Assembly: GCA_030655395.1 (NCBI GenBank)
Contig: JAURVQ010000046.1
Location: 1-52,531 of the forward strand
Direction of reading: 5' to 3'
DNA length: 52,531 nt
Origin: Gammaproteobacteria bacterium
Lineage (GTDB): Bacteria; Pseudomonadota; Gammaproteobacteria; SURF-13
The notes under the pieces: generated by a model
What the model was told of the DNA's origin: nothing
Database searches by the model: none
What the model saw: the letters and a program-made list of their open reading frames with translations, nothing else
Shown here: one piece after another, positions 17,075 to 27,916 of the stretch
Numbering within the stretch: position 1 is the first letter of the stretch
How the letters are laid out: every line of letters starts with the position of its first letter
Translations under genes and position numbers: made by a program

Positions 17075-19231
17075 ATGCAAGACAGTCTACTCATCGAGCT
17101 TCTCACCGAAGAGCTGCCGCCCAAATCGCTGCTCAAACTTTCCCAGGCCTTCTGCAAAGGAATATTTGAAGGGTTGAAGGAGCAGGGTTTCGTCGCGGCG
17201 GATACAGATTACGCCGCACTCGTCAGCGAGTTCGCCACGCCACGCCGCCTCGGCGTGCTGGTTAAAGACGTGGCCCACACGCAATCGGAACGCATCATCG
17301 AGCGCAAAGGCCCCGCGCTCGCCAGCGCCTACGATCAAAACGAAAAACCCACACCCGCGCTCATCGGTTTCGCCAAATCCTGCGGCGTCGAAATCTCCGC
17401 GCTGCAAAAACAGAGCGACGTCGCTCCCGGCATCCTGCCTCCCGCGACATTAGTACGTCCATATACGTCAAAAAAAGGCGAGCACTTCGTGTTCCGCGCC
17501 CGGCAACCCGGCGAGCCGCTGGAAAAACATCTGGCCACAATCGTCGCGGGTGTGATTAAAAAACTCCCCGTCGCCAAACTGATGCGCTGGGGTGACAGCG
17601 ATGTGCAGTTCGTGCGCCCGGTGCATGGGTTGATCATGCTGCATGGCAAAAAGATTGTGGCAGGGGAGGTGCTGGGGCTGCGAAGCAGCAACAAGACGCT
17701 CGGTCACCGCTTCTTAAGTACAGGCGAGGTGGAGATAAAGAATTCCACAGACTACACGCGGCTCATGCTGGAGAAGGGCCAAGTAGTTGTTAATCATGAG
17801 GTACGTTGTGGCTTGATATCTGACCAGCTTGATAGGGTTGCAAAGGACTTGGGTGATTCGGTTACCTGGACAGTAGGCGAAAATATCGCGTTGCTGGGCG
17901 AGGTGGCGAGCCTTGTCGAATTCCCGGTGGTATACGCCGGTAGTTTCGATGTCGCGTATCTGGAGGTGCCAGAGGAATGTCTGGTTGTCAGTATGCAGCA
18001 GCATCAGCGTTATTTTCCCTTGAAAAAGGAAGGTAAGCTGCTGCCCCATTTTTTATTCGTCAGTAATAATGAGGCTGATGATTCAGCTCATATCATTCAC
18101 GGTAATGAGCGTGTACTGCGCGCGCGCCTGAGTGATGCAAAATTCTTTTTTGAACAGGATAAAAAAACCAAGCTCGAAGATCGGGTGCCGAAGCTCGCCA
18201 ATGTGGTGTATCACAACAAGCTGGGTAGTCAGTTGCAGCGGGTGGAGCGCATTCAGAAGCTGGCCGTAGCCATCGCTGAGCGGTTCAAGGAAATAAATCG
18301 CGTGGCGGATATCCAGCAGGTTAAGCGCGCGGCGTATCTGTGCAAGGCCGATTTACTAACTGACATGGTAGGCGAGTTCCCGGAACTGCAGGGCGTGATG
18401 GGGTATTACTACGCGCTCCATGATGGTGAGGAGCTGGGCGTGGCCAATGCGATGCGTGAGCACTATGAGCGCGTGCCACGCAAAGCTGTGGGTATTTGCG
18501 TGGGGCTGGGGGACAAGCTCGATACACTGGTTGGAATTTATGGCATCGGCCTCGTGCCCACCGGCGACAAGGATCCGTTCGCGCTGCGGCGCGCTGCGTT
18601 AAGCGTGCTGCGCACGCTGGTGGAAAACAAGTTGTCGCTTAATCTTATGCAATTGCTGGAAATCGCCGAGGCGCAGTTCCCGGCGGGTGTGATCGCCCAG
18701 GACGCCGTGTCCAAGCTATACGAGTTCATGCTGGAGCGCCTGAAACCGTATTTACGTGAACAGGAGTTTGGCGCGGATGAAGTTGATGCCGTGCTGAGTC
18801 TCAGGCCCACGCGCATGGACTGGATTATTCCCCGTCTCAAGGCGATACAGGAGTTCCGCAAGCTGCCGGAGGCGGAAAGTCTGGCCGCCGCGAACAAGCG
18901 TATCCGCAATATTCTGAAGCAGGGCAAAGACGCGGCGCGTGATGTGCTCGACCATGGACTGCTCAAGGAAGAAGCCGAGAAAAATCTCGCGCGTCAGGTG
19001 GAGCAGCTTGAGGCGCAGGTGACGCCGATGCTGCACCGCGAAGAGTATACGCAAGCACTCAAACAGCTCGCGTCATTGCGCCCTGCCGTGGATACCTTTT
19101 TCGATAAGGTGATGGTCATGGTAGAGGATGCAGCCCTGCGCGACAATCGGCTCGCACTACTCACCAAGCTGGAGGGTTTGTTTATGGGCGTGGCGGATAT
19201 TTCCAAGCTGCAATACGGTGCGCAACTCTGA
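17075..19231 (+). CDS. glyS: Glycine-tRNA ligase beta subunit
   Basis: LLIELLTEELPPK, MRWG...FVRPVH, GNERVLRARLSDA.FF, EFPELQG. Confidence 0.97.
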   Translation: MQDSLLIELLTEELPPKSLLKLSQAFCKGIFEGLKEQGFVAADTDYAALVSEFATPRRLGVLVKDVAHTQSERIIERKGPALASAYDQNEKPTPALIGFAKSCGVEISALQKQSDVAPGILPPATLVRPYTSKKGEHFVFRARQPGEPLEKHLATIVAGVIKKLPVAKLMRWGDSDVQFVRPVHGLIMLHGKKIVAGEVLGLRSSNKTLGHRFLSTGEVEIKNSTDYTRLMLEKGQVVVNHEVRCGLISDQLDRVAKDLGDSVTWTVGENIALLGEVASLVEFPVVYAGSFDVAYLEVPEECLVVSMQQHQRYFPLKKEGKLLPHFLFVSNNEADDSAHIIHGNERVLRARLSDAKFFFEQDKKTKLEDRVPKLANVVYHNKLGSQLQRVERIQKLAVAIAERFKEINRVADIQQVKRAAYLCKADLLTDMVGEFPELQGVMGYYYALHDGEELGVANAMREHYERVPRKAVGICVGLGDKLDTLVGIYGIGLVPTGDKDPFALRRAALSVLRTLVENKLSLNLMQLLEIAEAQFPAGVIAQDAVSKLYEFMLERLKPYLREQEFGADEVDAVLSLRPTRMDWIIPRLKAIQEFRKLPEAESLAAANKRIRNILKQGKDAARDVLDHGLLKEEAEKNLARQVEQLEAQVTPMLHREEYTQALKQLASLRPAVDTFFDKVMVMVEDAALRDNRLALLTKLEGLFMGVADISKLQYGAQL

Positions 19232-19236
19232 GTCAC

Positions 19237-19776
19237 TTGAAGCTCATCATTCTCGACCGCGACGGAGTGATTAACTACGACTCCGACGAGTTCATCAAGT
19301 CGCCCGATGAATGGGTGCCCATCCCCGGAAGTCTGGAGTCCATCGCGCGTTTGAATCGTGCAGGCTACACCGTCGTAGTGGCGAGTAATCAGTCCGGTGT
19401 CGGGCGCGGACTTTTTGATCTCAGCACCTTGCATCAAATACACGAAAAGATGCAGCGGGAAGTTGCGCGTGTCGGCGGCAAGGTAGACGCGATATTTTTC
19501 TGCCCGCATACGCCGGACGATCACTGCGATTGCCGCAAGCCGAAGCCCGGTTTGTTGCTGGATGTCGCTAAAAAGTTTGCTTGCGAGTTAACGGGTGTTC
19601 CCGCTGTTGGCGATTCGCTGCGCGACATCGAGGCCGCGCAGGCGGTGGGTGCAAAGCCGGTGCTGGTGCGTACAGGCAAGGGTGGTGAGGTTGTGAAGAG
19701 CGGCAAGCTACCCGCCGGGGTCGAGGTGTGCGACGATCTTGTGGCCTTCGTAGATGCATTGCTGGTGAAGCGCTGA
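19237..19776 (+). CDS. gmhB: D-glycero-D-manno-heptose 1,7-bisphosphate phosphatase (HAD)
   Basis: LDRDGVIN, NQSG, CPH...C.CRKPKPG, VGDSLRD. Confidence 0.93.
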   Translation: MKLIILDRDGVINYDSDEFIKSPDEWVPIPGSLESIARLNRAGYTVVVASNQSGVGRGLFDLSTLHQIHEKMQREVARVGGKVDAIFFCPHTPDDHCDCRKPKPGLLLDVAKKFACELTGVPAVGDSLRDIEAAQAVGAKPVLVRTGKGGEVVKSGKLPAGVEVCDDLVAFVDALLVKR

Positions 19777-20492
19777 TGCTGTTTCTGCGCTCCCTGCTGT
19801 TGGCAATCTGTCAGGTGATCTCCACGCTGATCTTCGCGCCGCTCAGCGTGCTCACCGGCCTGCTGCCATACCGCATGCGCTACCGCTTCATTACGCAATG
19901 GAACCGTTTCAATCTGTGGTGTGTGGAGAAGGTCTGTGGTCTGCACTACGAGGTGCAGGGCCGCGAGCACATTCCACCCGGCCCCTGTGTGATTTTATGC
20001 AAGCACCAGTCGGCCTGGGAGACGTATGCGCTGCCCTGCATTTTCCCGCAAATGCTGACTTGGGTGTGCAAGCGTGAATTATTGTGGATACCGTTTTTTG
20101 GCTGGGGTTTCGCCGTGCTGCGGCCGATCGCCATTGACCGCAATGCGGGGCGCAAGGCGCTGGAGCAACTCGTCGCACAAGGCATTGATCGACTCAAGCG
20201 CGGACGCTCGGTGGTGATTTTCCCCGAGGGCACGCGCGTTGCGCCCGGTGAAAAACGGCGCTACGCCATCGGCGGCGCGATGCTGGCCGAGCGATCGGGT
20301 TATCCGGTGCTGCCTATCGCTCATAATGCAGGGGAGTTCTGGCCCAAGCGCGGCTTCATCAAGCGACCCGGCGCCATTCACTTGGTGATCGGGCCAGTGA
20401 TCGAGAGCAAAGGCAAGAGCGCAGCCGAAATCAACGCACAGGTGGAAGGTTGGATTGAGTCTGCCATGGTGCGGTTGCCAGTGCCGGGGTGA
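19776..20492 (+). CDS. plsC: 1-acyl-sn-glycerol-3-phosphate acyltransferase
   Basis: KHQSAWET, IFPEGTR; TGATG coupling with gmhB. Confidence 0.92.
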   Translation: MLFLRSLLLAICQVISTLIFAPLSVLTGLLPYRMRYRFITQWNRFNLWCVEKVCGLHYEVQGREHIPPGPCVILCKHQSAWETYALPCIFPQMLTWVCKRELLWIPFFGWGFAVLRPIAIDRNAGRKALEQLVAQGIDRLKRGRSVVIFPEGTRVAPGEKRRYAIGGAMLAERSGYPVLPIAHNAGEFWPKRGFIKRPGAIHLVIGPVIESKGKSAAEINAQVEGWIESAMVRLPVPG

Positions 20493-20623
20493 GACTAATC
20501 TGGTCTGACATCCTTACGCAAAAATCAATTGAGTCGGATACCGTTGATTCGTGTCCTAAAGAAAACTCTTGCGGTTTACATTCACAAGAATCAATTTTCT
20601 CCAATATCTCATGGGGTTGCCAA

Positions 20624-21355
20624 ATGAATACACTTACGTCACTCATCCCAGATGTAAATATCCTCTTAGAACTAGCGCCTGAAGAACTCGCAGAGATTTT
20701 GCTTCAGTTGGCAAATGAGCATAAGCAGAATGGCCTTATCCATCCGCAGGCACTGCTGACACAAATTAACGGTGCCCATGGGGAGGCAGATGGTTATCCT
20801 CAAAGCAGAAGAAAGGATGCAGAGCTAGCTTTCAGTGAAGCATGGAATTGGCTTACTGTTCATGGACTCTTGGTGCCTGACACAGGCACAAATGGGAATA
20901 ACGGCTGGATGCGTCTTAGTCGTCAAGCCTCCAAGCTGCTTGATCAGAAATCTTTTCAAAGCTACGCGAGAAGCGTTGCATTCCCCAAGTCCTTGCTTCA
21001 TCCCTTAATCGCAGATGCTGTGTGGATAGACCTTGCTCGCGGCGACTTAGAGACTGCCGTATTCAAGGCATTCAAAGCAGTCGAAATCGCTGTCCGTGAT
21101 GCCGGCAAGTTCGACGCTACCGAGATTGGGACAATTCTTATGCGTAAGGCCTTCGAAAAAACGAGCGGCCCTCTTTCAAACCAGCAACAACCAGATAGCG
21201 AACGTGAATCCCTTGCACACCTTTTTGCTGGCGCAATCGGCTCTTACAAGAATCCCCATTCACACCGCACAGTAACAATTACCGATCTAAACGAAGCCCA
21301 AGAAATGGTGATCATAGCTAGCCACCTTCTTCGAATCGTGGACAGCCGACGCTAG
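20624..21355 (+). CDS. TIGR02391/Ymh-family protein (HEPN-like)
   Basis: AVF.AFK.VE..VR, G..LM..AF, LFAGAIG.YKNPHSHR; visibly AT-richer than its flanks. Confidence 0.8.
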   Translation: MNTLTSLIPDVNILLELAPEELAEILLQLANEHKQNGLIHPQALLTQINGAHGEADGYPQSRRKDAELAFSEAWNWLTVHGLLVPDTGTNGNNGWMRLSRQASKLLDQKSFQSYARSVAFPKSLLHPLIADAVWIDLARGDLETAVFKAFKAVEIAVRDAGKFDATEIGTILMRKAFEKTSGPLSNQQQPDSERESLAHLFAGAIGSYKNPHSHRTVTITDLNEAQEMVIIASHLLRIVDSRR

Positions 21356-21389
21356 GCTTCGCACAATCAATGTAGGCAATCTCTGGTGC

Positions 21390-22391
21390 TTAAGTTGTAT
21401 TCAGCGGCCAGCGCGCGCGCACGTCGAAGGCCAGCCGATCCGGGCGCAGGCCTGCGGCGAAATTGCGGTAACCGGTGTAGGCGATCATGGCGGCGTTGTC
21501 GGTGCAGAATTCCAGCCGCGGGTAAGACACCTTCACGTCGTCGATCTCAGCAAAGCGTTCACGCAGGCGCTGGTTCGCGCTCACGCCGCCGGAGACTACC
21601 AAGCGCTGGAGGCCGGTGGCGCGCAAGGCGCGCTCACATTTGATGGCGAGTGTATCCACCACTGCATCTTGAAAAGCGCAGGCGATGTCGGCGCGGGTCT
21701 GTGCGCTGCCATCATCGTGGGCGCGCAGCGTGGTGAGGGCGTGGGTCTTGAGCCCGCTGAAACTGAAGTCGAGGCCGGGGCGGTCGGTCATCGGACGCGG
21801 GAAATCAAAACGGGCCGGGTTGCCTTGGCGCGCGAGGCGTTCCAGCGCGGGGCCGCCGGGATAGTCGAGGCCGAGCAGCTTGGCGGTCTTGTCAAACGCC
21901 TCGCCCGCAGCGTCGTCGAGCGACTCGCCGAGCAGGCGATAGCGCCCCACGCCACTCACCTCGACCAGCAGCGTGTGTCCACCCGACACCAGCAGCGCGA
22001 CAAAGGGAAACGCGGGCGGATCGGGTTCGAGCAGGGGGGCGAGCAGGTGGGCCTCCATGTGGTGCACCGGCAGGGCCGGCACGCCCCAGGCCCAGGCGAG
22101 GCTGTGGCCGACGGCGGCCCCGACCAAGAGCGCCCCGACCAGACCGGGGCCGGCGGTGTAGGCCACGGCAGTGATGTCCTGCGGGCGGCAGCCCGACTCG
22201 GCCAGCACTTGGCGAATCAGCGGCAAAGTCTTCTGGATGTGGTCGCGCGAGGCCAACTCCGGCACCACGCCGCCGTATTCGGCGTGCAGCGCGACCTGAC
22301 TGTGCAGGGCGTGCGCCAGCAGGCCACGCTCCGCGTCATAGACGGCGGCGGCGGTCTCGTCACACGAGGTTTCAATGCCTAGGATGCGCAT
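21390..22391 (-). CDS. tsaD: tRNA N6-threonylcarbamoyladenosine synthase TsaD
   Basis: [50 protein letters not shown]. Confidence 0.97.
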   Translation of the reverse strand: MRILGIETSCDETAAAVYDAERGLLAHALHSQVALHAEYGGVVPELASRDHIQKTLPLIRQVLAESGCRPQDITAVAYTAGPGLVGALLVGAAVGHSLAWAWGVPALPVHHMEAHLLAPLLEPDPPAFPFVALLVSGGHTLLVEVSGVGRYRLLGESLDDAAGEAFDKTAKLLGLDYPGGPALERLARQGNPARFDFPRPMTDRPGLDFSFSGLKTHALTTLRAHDDGSAQTRADIACAFQDAVVDTLAIKCERALRATGLQRLVVSGGVSANQRLRERFAEIDDVKVSYPRLEFCTDNAAMIAYTGYRNFAAGLRPDRLAFDVRARWPLNTT

Positions 22392-22494
22392 GGGGTAGAG
22401 CTGAGGTGGGTTTTGCAATTGTGTGGGCAAGCCGGTATCATGCCATGTTTACCATTCTCCATTCTTAAATAACTGACAACCGACAGGATATTCA

Positions 22495-22764
22495 ATGCCG
22501 TCCGTACGAATTAAGGAAAATGAGCCGTTTGAGATCGCGCTGCGCCGTTTCAAGCGCACCTGCGAGAAGGCCGGTGTGCTGACCGAGTCGCGCCGCCGCG
22601 AGTTTTACGAGAAGCCGACCTCCATCCGCAAGCGCAAGGCCGCTGCCGCCGTCAAGCGGCAAGAGAAAAAGACCATGCGCGGAAGTCTCGCCGCACGCGC
22701 CTTGCTGCTGCGCCCCGGCGCGGCCGAGAAGGTCGAGCGTCGTCCGCGTTCACATTCCTATTGA
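22495..22764 (+). CDS. rpsU: 30S ribosomal protein S21
   Basis: [27 protein letters not shown]. Confidence 0.96.
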   Translation: MPSVRIKENEPFEIALRRFKRTCEKAGVLTESRRREFYEKPTSIRKRKAAAAVKRQEKKTMRGSLAARALLLRPGAAEKVERRPRSHSY

Positions 22765-22794
22765 TAGACGCCCCGGCGTCTGACGTCCTCAGCC

Positions 22795-23250
22795 GTGGCT
22801 GACTCCCCGCTCAAGCTGCGTGTCAGCGAAGACATGAAGTCTGCGTTGCGCGCGGGGGAGAAGCAGCGCCTCGGCATCATCCGCCTCATCCTGGCGGCCA
22901 TCAAGCAGCGCGAGGTGGACGACCGCATCGCCCTCGATGACGGCCAGGTGCTCGCGGTGCTGGAGAAGATGCTCAAGCAGCGGCGCGAGTCGGTGAGCCA
23001 GTACGAGGCGGCGGGACGCCAGGACTTGGCCGATCAGGAACACTTCGAGATCGGCGTGGTGCAGGGGTACATGCCTGCGCCGCTGGGCGAGGCCGAGATT
23101 GACGCCCTGATCGCCGCCGCCATCGCCGAAACCGGCGCCCAGACCGGGAAGGACATGGGCAAGGTCATCAGTGCGCTCAGGCTCAAGGTTCAGGGCCGTG
23201 CCGACATGGGTAAACTCAGCGCCAAAGTGAAGACCAAACTGGGCGGCTAA
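22795..23250 (+). CDS. GatB/YqeY domain protein
   Basis: DMK.A.RA.EK.RLG.IRLI.AAIKQ.EVD, KQRRES, DMGKV. Confidence 0.93.
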   Translation: MADSPLKLRVSEDMKSALRAGEKQRLGIIRLILAAIKQREVDDRIALDDGQVLAVLEKMLKQRRESVSQYEAAGRQDLADQEHFEIGVVQGYMPAPLGEAEIDALIAAAIAETGAQTGKDMGKVISALRLKVQGRADMGKLSAKVKTKLGG

Positions 23251-23257
23251 AAATCTA

Positions 23258-23342
23258 AAGTGACAAGTTGCAAGTGTCAAGTAACAAGAGAAAACCAAAT
23301 TTTATGCGTTTTCTTGTAACTTGACACTTGTAACTTGATACT
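23258..23342. repeat. Inverted array of 7-bp tandem units
   Basis: AAGTGAC-AAGTTGC-AAGTGTC-AAGTAAC-AAG followed by the complementary CTT-GTAACTT-GACACTT-GTAACTT-GATACT. Confidence 0.8.
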
Positions 23343-23350
23343 GATGTGTC

Positions 23351-25105
23351 ATGGCAGGCCGTATCCCCCAGCAGTTTATTGATGAACTATTAACTCGCGT
23401 GGACATCGTCGAGGTGATCGACGCGCGCGTGCCGCTGCGCAAGGCGGGGCGTGAATACACCGCCTGCTGCCCGTTCCACGACGAAAAAACCCCCTCCTTT
23501 ACCGTCAGCCCTACCAAGCAGTTTTATCACTGCTTCGGCTGCGGCGCGCACGGCACCGCCCTCGGTTTTTTGATCGACTACGAACACCTCGATTTCATCG
23601 ACGCCGTGCATGATCTGGCCGCGCGCGTCGGCATGGAAGTGCCGCGCACGCAACAGGACGCCACACCGGCGCAGGCCGGGGCGGATTTATACGGCGTGCT
23701 GGAGCAGGCGGCGGCCTGGTACCGGCGGCAGTTACGCGAGCACCCCGAGGCTGCGTGCGCGGTGGAGTACCTCAAGGGGCGCGGGCTGACCGGCGAGACC
23801 GCAGCGGACTACGGCGTCGGCTATGCGCCGCCCGGTTGGGACAACCTCAAGCGCGCCTTGGACGCAGAGGAGGCGGCGTTCGTCCAGGCCGGTCTGCTGA
23901 TCAAAAAGGACGAGGGCGGCACCTATGACCGCTTTCGTAACCGCATCATGTTTCCCATCCACGACGGGCGTGGACGCGTGATCGGGTTCGGCGGGCGCGT
24001 GATCGACGCCGCCGATACCCCCAAGTACCTCAATTCGCCGGAGTCTGCGTTATTCCACAAAGGGCGCGAGCTGTACGGCCTGTATCAGGCGCGCAAGGCG
24101 GTGCGCAAGCTGGAGCGCCTGCTGGTGGTGGAGGGCTACATGGATGTGGTGATGCTGGCCCAGCACGGCATCCACAATGCGGTCGCCACGCTCGGCACCG
24201 CGACCACCCACGAGCATCTGGAGCGGCTGTTCCGGGTGGTGCCGGAAGTGGTGTTTTGTTTCGACGGCGACCGCGCCGGGCGCGATGCGGCCTGGCGTGC
24301 GCTGGGCAACAGTCTGCCGCTGATGCGCGACGGACGCCAGATCGGCTTTCTGTTTCTGCCCGAGGGCGAAGACCCGGACAGCCTGGTGCAGAAGGAAGGG
24401 CGCGAGGATTTTACGGCGCGCGCCGCAAAGCCGGTGCCGTTATCGGAATTCTTTTATGAAGGTTTAATGGCCGAGGCCGATATAAGTACGATGGACGGCC
24501 GCGCGCGACTGGTGGAACTTGCGCGCCCGTTGTTGTCCAAGCTAGCGGAAGGCGCCTTCCGTCACATGATGGTGGTGCGGCTTGCGGAACTGGTGCGCAT
24601 CGATGTGCAGCACATGGTGCGCATGTTGTCACCGGGAGCCAAGGCGCCGCTCACGCATGGCGGGCCGGAACGGCGCGGGCGTGCGCCTGCCGCACCGACT
24701 CCCATGTCGCAGGCGCGGCTGGTGATTGCGCTGCTCCTGCATCGGCCCAGTCTCGCGCTGGAGGCGGGCGACCCGCAGCGATTTGCAGGTCTCGAGGTGG
24801 CGGGTGCGGAATTGTTGCGCGAGTTGCTGGAATTGGTGCAGGCGCGGCCGCATTTAGGCACGGCGGCGCTGCTCGAGCACTGGCGCGATACCGCGCAGGG
24901 CCGTCAGTTGATGAAGCTGGCGCAGTGGCGGCATCCGGTGCCGGAAGAAGGCATCGAGGCCGAGTTTCGCGTCGCGCTGGAGCGCTTGTACGCGGAGGGA
25001 CTGGAGCGCCGCAAGGAGCGTCTGATCGACAAGTCACGCCAAGGCCCGCTCTCCGCCGAGGAAAAGCGGGAGATGGCGACCTTGTTCCCCACCGTCTCGC
25101 GTTGA
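23351..25105 (+). CDS. dnaG: DNA primase
   Basis: CPFHDEKTPSF...CFGC zinc finger, KYLNSPES, VVEGYMDV, FDGD.AG. Confidence 0.98.
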   Translation: MAGRIPQQFIDELLTRVDIVEVIDARVPLRKAGREYTACCPFHDEKTPSFTVSPTKQFYHCFGCGAHGTALGFLIDYEHLDFIDAVHDLAARVGMEVPRTQQDATPAQAGADLYGVLEQAAAWYRRQLREHPEAACAVEYLKGRGLTGETAADYGVGYAPPGWDNLKRALDAEEAAFVQAGLLIKKDEGGTYDRFRNRIMFPIHDGRGRVIGFGGRVIDAADTPKYLNSPESALFHKGRELYGLYQARKAVRKLERLLVVEGYMDVVMLAQHGIHNAVATLGTATTHEHLERLFRVVPEVVFCFDGDRAGRDAAWRALGNSLPLMRDGRQIGFLFLPEGEDPDSLVQKEGREDFTARAAKPVPLSEFFYEGLMAEADISTMDGRARLVELARPLLSKLAEGAFRHMMVVRLAELVRIDVQHMVRMLSPGAKAPLTHGGPERRGRAPAAPTPMSQARLVIALLLHRPSLALEAGDPQRFAGLEVAGAELLRELLELVQARPHLGTAALLEHWRDTAQGRQLMKLAQWRHPVPEEGIEAEFRVALERLYAEGLERRKERLIDKSRQGPLSAEEKREMATLFPTVSR

Positions 25106-25170
25106 CCGGGTAAAGCGAGGCATCCTGTTGTATAATATCCCGTTAATTTAATCAGAGTCGTCACGACAGC

Positions 25171-27015
<1,845 letters not shown>

Positions 27016-27061
27016 ACGGCAGCCCTCATCCCCATCCGGGGCATGCGCAAGATTGGTTTTT

Positions 27062-27463
27062 TTAGAGTTTCTTTAAGCCGCTTTTCCGATATCCTGCGGG
27101 AAACGTGCACTGCGGATTATGTTCTTCTGCGTGGCAGTTGGAGCACAGCAGGCGGCAGCTTTTCACCTCCCGGAGGATGGCTGCCCACCTTCTGTTCGAC
27201 AGGGAGCGGATATCCAACTGAAACTCCTTGTCCTTCGGTGCGGGGTGATGGAACTCTAATGCCGCATAGTTTTTATTGTAGCCGCAACGCTCACATTCCA
27301 TCCCCTTCATTTCAATTAATTGCAGTTTTCTCTCTCTGCCGCGCTTTTGTTGGGCTTGGTAGCTCTGATAGTAGTCGTTGTTATGAGCATTTTTACATTT
27401 GCGCGAACAAAATTTCCTCTGGCGGCCACCCAGTAGTGTTTTGCAGTTGAGGCAGTGTTTCAT
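27062..27463 (-). CDS. Free-standing HNH endonuclease with zinc-binding motifs
   Basis: N-terminal CLNC...FCSRKC; HNH core CERCG...ALEFHH...LLCSNCHAEEH. Alternative start 27481. Confidence 0.85.
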   Translation of the reverse strand: MKHCLNCKTLLGGRQRKFCSRKCKNAHNNDYYQSYQAQQKRGRERKLQLIEMKGMECERCGYNKNYAALEFHHPAPKDKEFQLDIRSLSNRRWAAILREVKSCRLLCSNCHAEEHNPQCTFPAGYRKSGLKKL

Positions 27464-27592
27464 GGCTGAGCGGATGAACATTCGCTTATGCAGATAATAA
27501 TAATCAATAAAATTCTGATACTCAATGCCTAAAATGGTTCGTCTGCAATTAGGCGCTCTGGTGCCTTAAAAGCTGATAGAATCAGCAGGGTC

Positions 27593-27905
27593 GGGCCTGT
27601 AGCTCAGTTGGTTAGAGCAGGGGACTCATCAAAATGGTGCGTTCATATTGAAAGATATGAAATGAACGGGATGAATTCAGGGAAACCTTCCAGTTAAGCG
27701 CTGATGGCAACCCTGAGCCAAGTCGGAGGTACACCTCCGAAAGGTGCAGAGACTACCTGAGAGCTTGAGTGCTCTTAATGACAGGCGTAGAGCGTCCCGC
27801 ACCCAAAATGGTAATTCCATGGGTGATGAGATAGTCCACTCCCACTAGAAATAGCGGGGTCAGTGAATCCCTTGGTCGTAGGTTCGAGTCCTACCGGGCC
27901 CACCA
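27593..27905 (+). tRNA. tRNA-Ile2 (CAU anticodon), intron-interrupted; exons 27593-27629 and 27866-27905
   Basis: Joined exons give a 77-nt cloverleaf: acceptor GGGCCTG/CGGGCCC, D arm GCTC...GAGC, anticodon arm GGGGA-CTCATAA-TCCCT, T arm GTAGG-TTCGAGT-CCTAC, ACCA end. Ile2 rather than Met is inferred from resemblance to ileX and the position after rpoD. Confidence 0.93.
27630..27865 (+). ncRNA. Group I self-splicing intron, 236 nt, no internal ORF
   Basis: 5' exon ends in U and the intron ends in G. P1 CAT^CA/TGGTG with the U.G splice pair; P2 with GAAA loop; P3 CGGGATG/CGTCCCG; P4 TTCAGGG/CCCTGAG; core AGAGACTA and P7' TAGTC; P8 CACCC/GGGTG; P9 with GAAA loop. Confidence 0.93.
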
Positions 27906-27916
27906 TCTATAAAAAC

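Noticed and set aside
20489-20623. Longer start for the TIGR02391 gene
   Set aside because: The extension looks like AT-rich intergenic DNA; the family-like sequence begins near ATG 20624.
27593-27905. tRNA-Met/fMet call, or an att-site tRNA duplication
   Set aside because: G1-C72 pairing and ileX-like sequence favour Ile2. The two halves are complementary exons with no duplicated part, so this is not an integration scar.
27863-27916. ORF-track N-terminal extension of rimO ([14 protein letters not shown])
   Set aside because: It is the intron end and the tRNA 3' exon read as codons; the real start is ATG 27917.
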